From Candidatus Parcubacteria bacterium (lineage in GTDB: Bacteria; Patescibacteriota; Minisyncoccia; Phycocordibacterales; UBA918): DNA of 57,114 nucleotides. A program made the translations under genes and the position numbers. The notes beneath the pieces are model-generated. The model was not told where the DNA came from and did no database searches. It worked only from the letters and a program-made list of their open reading frames with translations. The stretch covers positions 1 through 57,114 of the forward strand of contig JBDLTL010000002.1 in assembly GCA_039799085.1 (NCBI GenBank), read 5' to 3'. This document shows, in pieces, positions 44,207 through 51,521 of the stretch (position 1 is the stretch's first letter; each line of letters starts with the position of its first letter).

Positions 44207-45088
44207 ATGGATAAAGTAGATATTTTTGCATCGAAACAATCCTTACTAAATCTCCTAGGCATTAGAGACAATTTTTTATATTCTGACTTTGCAAGTAAGT
44301 ATTCCGAAAGGGATTTTCCCAAAAAGAATGGTGGTGTAAGAAAAATTAAGCCACCAGCAAAACGCCTCAAAACTCTTCAAAGAGAGATTCTCGATAAAAT
44401 ATTAGTACATACAGATCAACTGGATTGCGTGTACGGCCTTTCAAAAGCAAGAGATTTAAAAGCAAACGCTTTATTACACATAAAAAGTTCTGATCACTTT
44501 TTATTAAATCTTGATATAGAAAACTTTTTTCCTAGTTTAAGTCGAAAAAGAGTTCTTAATCTATTTCGACAAATTGGCTTTTCAAAAGAAAATGCAACTA
44601 TACTCACAAAGTTTAGTACTGTTGATAATTCATTACCTCAAGGCGCTCCTACTAGCCCTTATTTAGCGTCTCTAGCCTGTCAGAAAATGGACAGAAAACT
44701 ATATAACTACTGTCGTAGGAGAAACCTAATTTATTCAAGGTACTTTGATGATATTAGTATTTCAGGGGAGGTTGTTACTGAATCCAATGTTCAGGATATT
44801 AAGAATATGATCTCTGATTCTGGACTGACTTGTAATGAACAGAAAACTCATTTGTACTCATCTCTTGATAAGGAAAAGATAATTAATGGGGTCTTGATCA
44901 AGTCAGGAGCACTGTCTGTTCCAGAGCCTTACAAATCAGAGATAGAAGCCTGCTACAAGAAATATGTTTCTGAAAAGACTCTACAGTTGCAGAGAATATA
45001 TAAAGGTAAGATTGGTTTTTACATTTATATCAACAGAAAAGAAGCTCTTCTATTTGAAAAGGGTCTTAAAAATAAATACGGTGTTTAG
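44207..45088 (+). CDS. Retron-type reverse transcriptase
   Basis: GGVRKIKPPAKRLKTLQREI (RT1), VYGLSKARDLKANALLH (the NAxxH signature), LNLDIENFFPS (RT3), LPQGAPTSPYLAS (RT4), YSRYFDDISISG (RT5) and IINGVLIKSG at the VTG position. ATG 44207 is preferred over TTG 44165. Confidence 0.8.
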   Translation: MDKVDIFASKQSLLNLLGIRDNFLYSDFASKYSERDFPKKNGGVRKIKPPAKRLKTLQREILDKILVHTDQLDCVYGLSKARDLKANALLHIKSSDHFLLNLDIENFFPSLSRKRVLNLFRQIGFSKENATILTKFSTVDNSLPQGAPTSPYLASLACQKMDRKLYNYCRRRNLIYSRYFDDISISGEVVTESNVQDIKNMISDSGLTCNEQKTHLYSSLDKEKIINGVLIKSGALSVPEPYKSEIEACYKKYVSEKTLQLQRIYKGKIGFYIYINRKEALLFEKGLKNKYGV

Positions 45089-45131
45089 GTTTGATTTGAG
45101 CCTTCTCGAGTGCTCGAACCTGCTCTCTCTT

Positions 45132-45206
45132 TGGTGATCCTACGGAGAATCGAACTCCGATTTCCAGGATGAAAACCTGGCGTCCTGACCGTTAGACGAT
45201 AGGACC
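45132..45206 (-). tRNA. tRNA-Glu (anticodon TTC), CCA encoded
   Basis: Manual cloverleaf: GGTCCTA TC GTCT AACGGTCA GGAC G CCAGG TTTTCAT CCTGG AAAT CGGAG TTCGATT CTCCG TAGGATC A CCA. Confidence 0.9.
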
Positions 45207-45670
45207 AAAAATGCCGTGTGACATTCCGCCAGCCAGAGCATGTCTGGGACCTGACTCGTTTTGCAGGGCGGTAGTGCTTGCCAGCATGTCCGCAAAACGT
45301 GACCGAAATAATAGCAGACTTTTTAAAAAATGCTAGTCCTGTGACTTTTAAACAGGGAAGTTACCAGCTACTTTAGGCTTGGTGCTATACTGACAAAGTA
45401 TCGATTTGAGCCTAAAAATAAGCTTTAAATCAGACTTTCTCACTAATATTTTTCCACCTAGTTACACCCACGGTTTTCCTCATAGTTATACCTATGTTAT
45501 GCACAGAGTTGTGCACATTTGCTCTTTTCAGGGCTATTTTTGTATGTATTGACTATTTTTACCCATATGAGACCCTAGTAGTAGGTTTGCGCGGTGGTGA
45601 AGTATGTTAATACTCAAGTCCGAGGCTACGGACAAATGCGCGCAGACCGAAGCTCTACGTTGTACAAAGC

Positions 45671-45694
45671 AAAAGCGCCCTACGGGGCGCTTTT
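45671..45694 (-). terminator. Terminator of the methyltransferase/trxB operon
   Basis: aaaagcgccc / gggcgctttt stem with loop tacg. Confidence 0.75.
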
Positions 45695-45705
45695 GTGTTT
45701 TTGGT

Positions 45706-46341
45706 TTATGGAAGCTGTACGATATACCATCGCCAGATGGCTTTTGAGTGGTAGCCATCCATTACTCCTGACTTTACTATTTTCCAATTTCGCTTTTTTA
45801 GAATTGCACGTTGTTCTTCTTCACTAAGAATCGTTACATGTCTCGTGTCGTCTTCGTATACACCCGGATGACCAAAGGGGAGTGAAATGACGCCAATGGA
45901 TTGGGGTTTACAGAGAGATTCAAGGTTGGTAAAAGTCTCGTCCCAAAGCTCAAACGGTATGTGATGGAGGGTCGATTGGCACCAAAAGCCATCGTACTTT
46001 TTCTTAGGTAGAGAATCTCCGTCTGCTATATTTCCTTTTGAAAAAGAGAGCTGAGGATATCGACGCTTTGCTATCTTCAGGAATGATTTGCTGATATCAA
46101 CGCCTTCATATTTGAGGTTTCTTCCCATACCTAGAAATAGGGGGACATGAATACCAGATGCACAACCGATATCAAGAATGCGACCCTTTTCCGGCCATAG
46201 CTTTACCGCTTTTGCAAATGTATCTTCGTGGTAGAAAGCATTTGTTTTTTGGGTTGTCCAAATAGAAAAATACTTATCGTAGAATTTTTCTGTTTCTTTT
46301 ATTTTCTTAGTGTGCGCGGAGCGTAACATAGATGTCTTCAA
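45706..46341 (-). CDS. Class I SAM-dependent methyltransferase
   Basis: ILDIGCASGIH motif I. It overlaps the 3-prime end of trxB by 35 nt (23 nt if it starts at 46329). Confidence 0.75.
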   Translation of the reverse strand: MKTSMLRSAHTKKIKETEKFYDKYFSIWTTQKTNAFYHEDTFAKAVKLWPEKGRILDIGCASGIHVPLFLGMGRNLKYEGVDISKSFLKIAKRRYPQLSFSKGNIADGDSLPKKKYDGFWCQSTLHHIPFELWDETFTNLESLCKPQSIGVISLPFGHPGVYEDDTRHVTILSEEEQRAILKKRNWKIVKSGVMDGYHSKAIWRWYIVQLP

Positions 46342-47236
46342 GGGCGCGGACGGCGTCGCCGGCTGCGATGTTGTTTTGGTGGTACTTCACATTCGTGCAG
46401 TCACCAGCGGCCCAGATGTTGGAAGCAGATGTCTTCTGGGTCCACGGGTCGATTACGATGCGGTTGTAGTCGTCGCGTTCTACTATGTCGGCGACGAAGT
46501 CGGTGTTGGGGAGCATGCCGATTTCGATGAAGATACCATTTACGGCAAGCTCATGGAGTTCTCCCGTAGATTTGTCTTTGTAAGTGAGGCCAGAGACGAA
46601 CTTTTCACCTTGTACGGCTATGGTCTCGGTATTGGTGACGCTTCGCATGTTGGGGTGGGCAAGTACCTTTTCTACGGTTACGGGATCTGCTTTATATGTT
46701 TCGCTGTTATTGAGAAGTGTAACGCTCTTGGTGTAGGCAAGGAGCTGCGCTGCTGTCTCGAAGCCGGCATTGCCGCCACCGATGACGGCAACATCCATTC
46801 CAGAGAACATCGGTCCGTCACAGCTCGCACAGTAGGTAACACCCTTGTGTTCGAAGGTGTCAGCATTCTCAGCTTGAAGGCGGCGACGAGTTGAGCCCGC
46901 GGTGATAAGCACTGCTTTAGTAGTGTGAGTGCTTCCGTCAGAAAGGGTGGCAGTGTAGGTACCGTCGGCTTCCTTGGTGAGATCGGTAACGATTTGGTTG
47001 CCGATGATATCGACGAATTCTCCCGCGTAGGTTTCTAGGTGGGTGCGAAGACTCTTGGCGAGTTCGTCACCACTGATGTGCGGGGTACCAATCCAGTTTT
47101 GGATGTCGGTTGAGACGGTGCTTTGTCCACCCCATTCTTTGGTAACAAAGAGGGTTTTGAGCTGCTTGCGTGACGCGTAGACACCTGCTGCGGTACCGGC
47201 TGGACCTCCTCCAATGATCAAAAGTTCGTACATCAT
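46307..47236 (-). CDS. trxB: Thioredoxin-disulfide reductase
   Basis: LLIIGGGPAGTAAGVY (FAD), redox CASCDG, VIGGGNAGFETA (NADPH) and IWAAGDC. ATG 47236 is preferred over 47371. Confidence 0.9.
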   Translation of the reverse strand: MMYELLIIGGGPAGTAAGVYASRKQLKTLFVTKEWGGQSTVSTDIQNWIGTPHISGDELAKSLRTHLETYAGEFVDIIGNQIVTDLTKEADGTYTATLSDGSTHTTKAVLITAGSTRRRLQAENADTFEHKGVTYCASCDGPMFSGMDVAVIGGGNAGFETAAQLLAYTKSVTLLNNSETYKADPVTVEKVLAHPNMRSVTNTETIAVQGEKFVSGLTYKDKSTGELHELAVNGIFIEIGMLPNTDFVADIVERDDYNRIVIDPWTQKTSASNIWAAGDCTNVKYHQNNIAAGDAVRALEDIYVTLRAH

Positions 47237-47281
47237 TTCAATTCTTAAACTTAAAAGTCCGACTATCATAGCAGATTGTGC

Positions 47282-47310
47282 TTGACCTGTATACCCCCTG
47301 GGGGTATACT
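47282..47310 (+). promoter_or_regulatory. Promoter with embedded palindromic operator
   Basis: TTGACC (47282-47287), a 17-nt spacer, then TATACT (47305-47310). The palindrome ataccccctgggggtat (47291-47307) spans the spacer and the -10 box. The ATG lies 6 nt after the -10 box. Confidence 0.75.
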
Positions 47311-47316
47311 CTACAT

Positions 47317-47550
47317 ATGGCAAGTAAAAGTATGGAAAATAGACTGCGTCGCCTCGAAGGGCAGGTGGCAAGTCTTCGCGCGAGTATTATGAAAGATACT
47401 GCGTGTGAGGTGGTGGTACCACAGTTTTTGGCGGTGAAGGGAGCGTTTAATGCTGCCTTTGAGCAGTACGTTAAAGAGTCACTCGCGGATTGTTCCTCGA
47501 AGGATACCAAGAAGCGTGACCAGCTCATTAGTATGTTAATTAAGAAGTAG
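47317..47550 (+). CDS. CsoR/RcnR/CstR-family (DUF156) transcriptional repressor
   Basis: RLRRLEGQVASLRASI followed by two Cys residues 29 positions apart (TAC...LADC). Confidence 0.8.
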   Translation: MASKSMENRLRRLEGQVASLRASIMKDTACEVVVPQFLAVKGAFNAAFEQYVKESLADCSSKDTKKRDQLISMLIKK

Positions 47551-47553
47551 GAT

Positions 47554-48123
47554 ATGTTTGAACGTTTGAAGCAGTATGGATTTTTTATGTATGGAAGGGT
47601 GATTCCAGGGCTTACGATACATGGACGGCCGGCGCCGTACCCGGTCCTAAATGAGCGAGCGATTCGTGCCGGCGCCGGCCTTGTCTTCGCTATAGGATTC
47701 TTTTCATTTTTCCAGGCGCTCTATCTCGGGAATTTTTTCTTTTTGAAATTACTCGTACCGTTCCTCTTGTTTGATTTTCTTATGAAGGTGGTGGTGGGTA
47801 TCAAGTTTTCACCAATGTCTCGCTTAGCAAATCTCATCGTGGCTAATCAAGCACCAGAATGGGTAGGAGCTGTGCAGAAGCGCTTTGCATGGTCGATTGG
47901 TCTTGTGCTCTCAGGCACTATGTTCATCTTGCTTTACGTCTTTGAGGTGCGTGGGTGGCCAAATCTTACGATTTGTAGCATTTGTCTCACCTTCATGTTT
48001 ATGGAAAGTGCGTTCGGGATTTGTGTCGGATGCAAGATATACAACTATCTTCTGAAGGTGGGAATTATCCCCGCTCCAGAACACAAGCCGGCCTGTCCGG
48101 GGAATGTGTGTGCGATAGAGTAG
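47554..48123 (+). CDS. DUF4395-like integral membrane protein
   Basis: 4-TM protein ending in FGICVGCKIYNYL. Family assignment is from memory. Confidence 0.5.
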   Translation: MFERLKQYGFFMYGRVIPGLTIHGRPAPYPVLNERAIRAGAGLVFAIGFFSFFQALYLGNFFFLKLLVPFLLFDFLMKVVVGIKFSPMSRLANLIVANQAPEWVGAVQKRFAWSIGLVLSGTMFILLYVFEVRGWPNLTICSICLTFMFMESAFGICVGCKIYNYLLKVGIIPAPEHKPACPGNVCAIE

Positions 48124-48133
48124 AGCTTATTGC

Positions 48134-48166
48134 AAAAGCCCCGCGACCTTCGGTCGCGGGGCTTTT
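48134..48166. terminator. Bidirectional terminator
   Basis: gccccgcgacc / ggtcgcggggc stem flanked by aaaa and tttt. Confidence 0.85.
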
Positions 48167-48182
48167 GAATCGAGAATTGATT

Positions 48183-49445
48183 TTACTTTAATTTCGAACG
48201 GCGGAGGAAAGCAGGCACTGCCCCCCAATCATCCTCATCATCACTTTCTTCAGTGACATCAACTGGCTTTGGATCACGACGAGGAATATCGTTGTGAATT
48301 GCGTTTGGAGTAGAGGCTACGGTTGGGGCGGGTGTTGGTTCCTGGCGCTCTTCTGTCTTTCGGCTTGGAAGTGAGTTGAAGATTTTGCCACGAGGCGCGA
48401 TTTCTTCTTCTGGCTCACGCTCAGGTACTGGCTGTTGCATCGGAGCCTGACGGGTGATGTGGCTTCGGCTCATTCCGGGTACGACTGACTCCTCTGGGAA
48501 TCCGGTTGCAATAACAGTCACTTTAATTTCGTTCTTCTTCAATTTGTCATCACGGATGGCTCCGAAGATTACCTTCGCGTGTGAGTCGATAGATTCGGTA
48601 ATCACACGAGCAGCATCTTGGATTTCGAGCATTCCGAGGTCGTCTCCACCGGCGATAGCAAAGAGTACACCCTTAGCTCCTGTGATAGAGACTTCAAGGA
48701 GAGGTGAGTTGATAGCAGAACGAGCTGCTTCTTCAGCGCGCTTCTCGCCTGAAGAGACTCCGACACCCATGAGTGCTGAACCAGCGTTCTCCATCACTGA
48801 ACGGATGTCAGCGAAGTCGACGTTGATGATACCTGGCATAGTGATGAGGTCTGAGATACCTTCTACCGCTTGCTTAAGGACGTTGTCACACATCTCAAAC
48901 GCATTCTTCACCGTTGTCTCCTTGTCGACGATAGCGAGCAGGCGATCGTTTGGAATGGTGATGAGCGCGTCTACTTCCTTCTTGAGCTCTTCGATACCTT
49001 GAAGGGCGAGACGCATGCGTTCCTGACCTTCAAAGAGAAATGGCTTAGTTACAACACCAACTGTGAGTGCGCCGCTTTCGCGAGCAATCTTAGCGACTAC
49101 TGGTGCTGAACCGGTACCGGTACCACCACCCATACCACCAGTCACGAAGATCATGTCTGAACCTTTGATGGCGTTCGCAATTTCTTCACGAGTTTCTTCA
49201 GCTGCTCGACGACCCATATCTGGGTTACCGCCAGCACCGAGACCGCGAGTGAGGTTCTTTCCGATGTGGATTTTTTTCTTGGCAAGTGAATGATGAAGGT
49301 CTTGTGCATCGCTATTGATGGCGATGAACTCAACACCCTTCACTTTTGAGTTGACCATGTAGTTCACGGCGTTATTACCTGAACCACCGACGCCAACTAC
49401 ACGAATACGTGCGAATGACTCAACGTCTGACTTAATTTGTTCCAT
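48183..49445 (-). CDS. ftsZ: Cell division protein FtsZ
   Basis: [11 protein letters not shown] and the GGTGTGSAP tubulin signature, a disordered linker, and a C-terminal [12 protein letters not shown] peptide. Confidence 0.95.
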   Translation of the reverse strand: MEQIKSDVESFARIRVVGVGGSGNNAVNYMVNSKVKGVEFIAINSDAQDLHHSLAKKKIHIGKNLTRGLGAGGNPDMGRRAAEETREEIANAIKGSDMIFVTGGMGGGTGTGSAPVVAKIARESGALTVGVVTKPFLFEGQERMRLALQGIEELKKEVDALITIPNDRLLAIVDKETTVKNAFEMCDNVLKQAVEGISDLITMPGIINVDFADIRSVMENAGSALMGVGVSSGEKRAEEAARSAINSPLLEVSITGAKGVLFAIAGGDDLGMLEIQDAARVITESIDSHAKVIFGAIRDDKLKKNEIKVTVIATGFPEESVVPGMSRSHITRQAPMQQPVPEREPEEEIAPRGKIFNSLPSRKTEERQEPTPAPTVASTPNAIHNDIPRRDPKPVDVTEESDDEDDWGAVPAFLRRSKLK

Positions 49446-49606
49446 ACTAAAAATTACTTTGTTCTTCTACAACCACCCACCCCTGAGTCGATGTAGCTGA
49501 TAACAGAGCTATCATACATAAGGAAAAACTATCTGTCACGATATTGACATTGCTACGTTTCGTGCGATTGACACACTGTTCAAATGGGTTGAAATGGAGG
49601 CTCTAT

Positions 49607-50782
49607 TTAAGGAAGGAATTGAGAAAGCCAAGAAAGAAATGTGTGTTTGGTGTGTTTGACAATACCAAGTGTTGAGGTCTCTTCAGTATCGCTTGCTCCC
49701 CACATACAGAGACCGTACGCGACTGCCCAAGAGGCGTCTTTGACTTTGGTGTTCTTGCTAATTTCAAGAGCGGCTGTGCGGGCTGGAAGCTCAAGTGTGT
49801 TCTTGGCTACGTCAACAGTCTGGGCGAGATTGGCACCACCACCAGTGAGAATGACACCAGCTGGCAAGAGACCGTCGCGTTTTATTTTCTTTAAGTGGTT
49901 ATCAATCAAATCGAAGATGCCCTTGAGGCGTTCGCCGACGATTTCTTCGACACGCTTGCGTGAGAAGGTTGCACTCGTCATAGCGCCACGTTTAATCTTC
50001 TCAGCGTCTTCAAGCGGAATGCGGAGACCAAGAGCGAGGTCGTTGGTGATATCACTTGAACCAACCGGAAAGATTTTTACTGATATAGGGGTGGTGTCTT
50101 CAAAGACGACGATAGAGGTTGTTTCAGCACCAATGTTCACAAGGACACAGCCAGCCCGTTTCTGGGCCTTTGAGAGGAGGACAAAGCTCGCTGCCAGCGG
50201 AGAAGCGATGACGTCTTCCACGTAAATACCGAGACCTTCGATGGTCTTAATCAGGTCGCTCACATGCTGCTCATAGGTGGTGATGAAGAGGCTGTCCACT
50301 TCGAGTTTGGTGCCCTTGAGTCCCTGTGGTCGGCCCATCACTTCGGCACCATCAATGGTGTAGCGCAGTGGAATACCGTGAAGAATGCGGCGGTTTGGAA
50401 TACGGTCGAGGATGCGCTCCTCGCTGTCTTGCATGAGCTTCTCGAGGTCTGCTCCAGTAACCTCAGAGTCAGCGCGGCTAGGGATGATTTCGCCGTGTGA
50501 GTACATCTCTTCGAGGCCGATGCTGCCGATAGCTACGTGGGCACGCTTCACAATGATGCCGGCTGCTTTTTCTGCCTGCATGACAGCGCTCTTGATACTT
50601 CGGGCCACGTCAGAGTCATGCATGATGTAGCCACTGCGAAGACCACGACTCTCAGCGAGTCCAGTGCCGATAATTTCAGGCTTGGCTCCTGGGGGAGCGT
50701 TCTTGGGGATACGAGCAATCGCCACCTTCACGTGGAAGGTGCCAACATCGATACCGGTGATGATGTGTTCTGGATTTGCCAT
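49607..50782 (-). CDS. ftsA: Cell division protein FtsA
   Basis: Actin-fold ATPase (GIDVGTFHVKVAI, VNIGAETTSIVVF, LTGGGANL) located immediately upstream of ftsZ. Confidence 0.9.
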   Translation of the reverse strand: MANPEHIITGIDVGTFHVKVAIARIPKNAPPGAKPEIIGTGLAESRGLRSGYIMHDSDVARSIKSAVMQAEKAAGIIVKRAHVAIGSIGLEEMYSHGEIIPSRADSEVTGADLEKLMQDSEERILDRIPNRRILHGIPLRYTIDGAEVMGRPQGLKGTKLEVDSLFITTYEQHVSDLIKTIEGLGIYVEDVIASPLAASFVLLSKAQKRAGCVLVNIGAETTSIVVFEDTTPISVKIFPVGSSDITNDLALGLRIPLEDAEKIKRGAMTSATFSRKRVEEIVGERLKGIFDLIDNHLKKIKRDGLLPAGVILTGGGANLAQTVDVAKNTLELPARTAALEISKNTKVKDASWAVAYGLCMWGASDTEETSTLGIVKHTKHTFLSWLSQFLP

Positions 50783-51159
50783 TATGTGATGTTGAACTGA
50801 CGCACGTACTTCTGCTCCAATTTGTCCATTGTATCGCCATGGTCATGGCCTTTCAAATGCACACAACCGTGGATAAACAAGTACGCCATGTATCCGTCCA
50901 CAGACAGATTAAAATCTTTTGCTTGTGTCTTCGCTACGTTGGGGCAGATGATGATTTCTCCGTGACTTTCATCAAGTGGGAAAGAGAGAACATTCGGCGT
51001 ATAGTCCTTGTTTCGGTACTGTACGTTAAAGTGCTGTGCACGGGTGGGACCAACAAAGCTGAGTGAGAGTTCGTACTTCTTACCAAGAACAGCGTCCTTG
51101 ATGGCTTCATATGGCCACGTAGGGTACCGTTTTACGGTGCTTGAGATAGAGAGATTCAT
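50782..51159 (-). CDS. ybeY: rRNA maturation RNase YbeY
   Basis: HGCVHLKGHDH zinc motif in a protein of about 125 aa. Confidence 0.9.
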   Translation of the reverse strand: MNLSISSTVKRYPTWPYEAIKDAVLGKKYELSLSFVGPTRAQHFNVQYRNKDYTPNVLSFPLDESHGEIIICPNVAKTQAKDFNLSVDGYMAYLFIHGCVHLKGHDHGDTMDKLEQKYVRQFNIT

Positions 51160-51188
51160 GTGTGTCTATTATACATATATACCGTACA

Positions 51189-51220
51189 CAAAAGGCCCCG
51201 GTATGCACCGGGGCCTTTTG
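51189..51220 (-). terminator. Terminator after rpsU
   Basis: aaaggccccggt / accggggccttt stem with loop atgc. Confidence 0.8.
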
Positions 51221-51231
51221 CAGATTGTGGT

Positions 51232-51474
51232 CTATCGACGAGAGCGGTGCTCTGCGACTTTTCCGAGCTTTACCATCTTTTCGTAGTTGTCTCGCTTTGC
51301 AAGCTTCTTGAGCTTAGCAAAACGCTGAACGTTGCTACTCTTGATGCGGGTGAAGTACCGACCGCCACGCACCTTTGGAATGATGCCTGCGCCCTGTACG
51401 CGCTTAGTAAAGCGACGAATCACATTCGCGCTACTTTCGTTGTTATTCTTTACCACTTGAACGTTGGTTGCCAT
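51232..51474 (-). CDS. rpsU: 30S ribosomal protein S21
   Basis: 80-aa basic protein with a VKNNNESSANVIRRFTKRVQGAGII...FTRIKSS pattern similar to bS21. ATG 51474 is preferred. Confidence 0.7.
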   Translation of the reverse strand: MATNVQVVKNNNESSANVIRRFTKRVQGAGIIPKVRGGRYFTRIKSSNVQRFAKLKKLAKRDNYEKMVKLGKVAEHRSRR

Positions 51475-51521
51475 ATGTGGGCATGAGCATACCATGTCCA
51501 CTATTTCTGCGCAAGGGCGAT

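Larger units (their letters stand above)
30500..45131. mobile_element. Composite mobile/defence island abutting the 3-prime end of tRNA-Glu (left border approximate)
   Basis: Contains an XRE/ImmA switch, ParB-methylase, terminase small and large subunits, a large serine recombinase, a Type III R-M operon and a retron-type RT. G+C is visibly lower than in the flanks. The right end lies 44 nt from the tRNA-Glu 3-prime end. Confidence 0.55.

Noticed and set aside
44207-45088. Alternative identities for the RT: group II intron, DGR or Abi-type
   Set aside because: It is too short for a group II intron protein (no X/maturase or En domain, and no intron RNA domains were seen). No template/variable repeat pair for a DGR was found. 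The NAxxH and VTG-position motifs favour a retron. Abi/UG clades cannot be fully excluded without HMMs.
45225-45260. Minus-strand GTCAGGTCC match to the conserved SRP RNA helix-8 5-prime strand
   Set aside because: It is followed by a longer CAGA..TCTG helix instead of the universal GGAA tetraloop and GGAAGCAGC strand. A 9-mer match is expected by chance in a window of this size.
45093-45413. 11-nt direct repeat gatttgagcct flanking tRNA-Glu (45093-45103 and 45403-45413) as possible att duplication
   Set aside because: An 11-mer recurring within a few hundred nt is expected a few times by chance in 57 kb. The repeats bracket only the tRNA, not the island.
49544-49600. Two consensus TTGACA hexamers (49544-49549, 49568-49573) on the plus strand between ftsZ and ftsA, suggesting an antisense promoter
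   Set aside because: Only a weak -10 (TGAAAT) follows at the correct spacing, and no downstream plus-strand feature exists. They are more likely part of the minus-strand ftsZ upstream region by coincidence.
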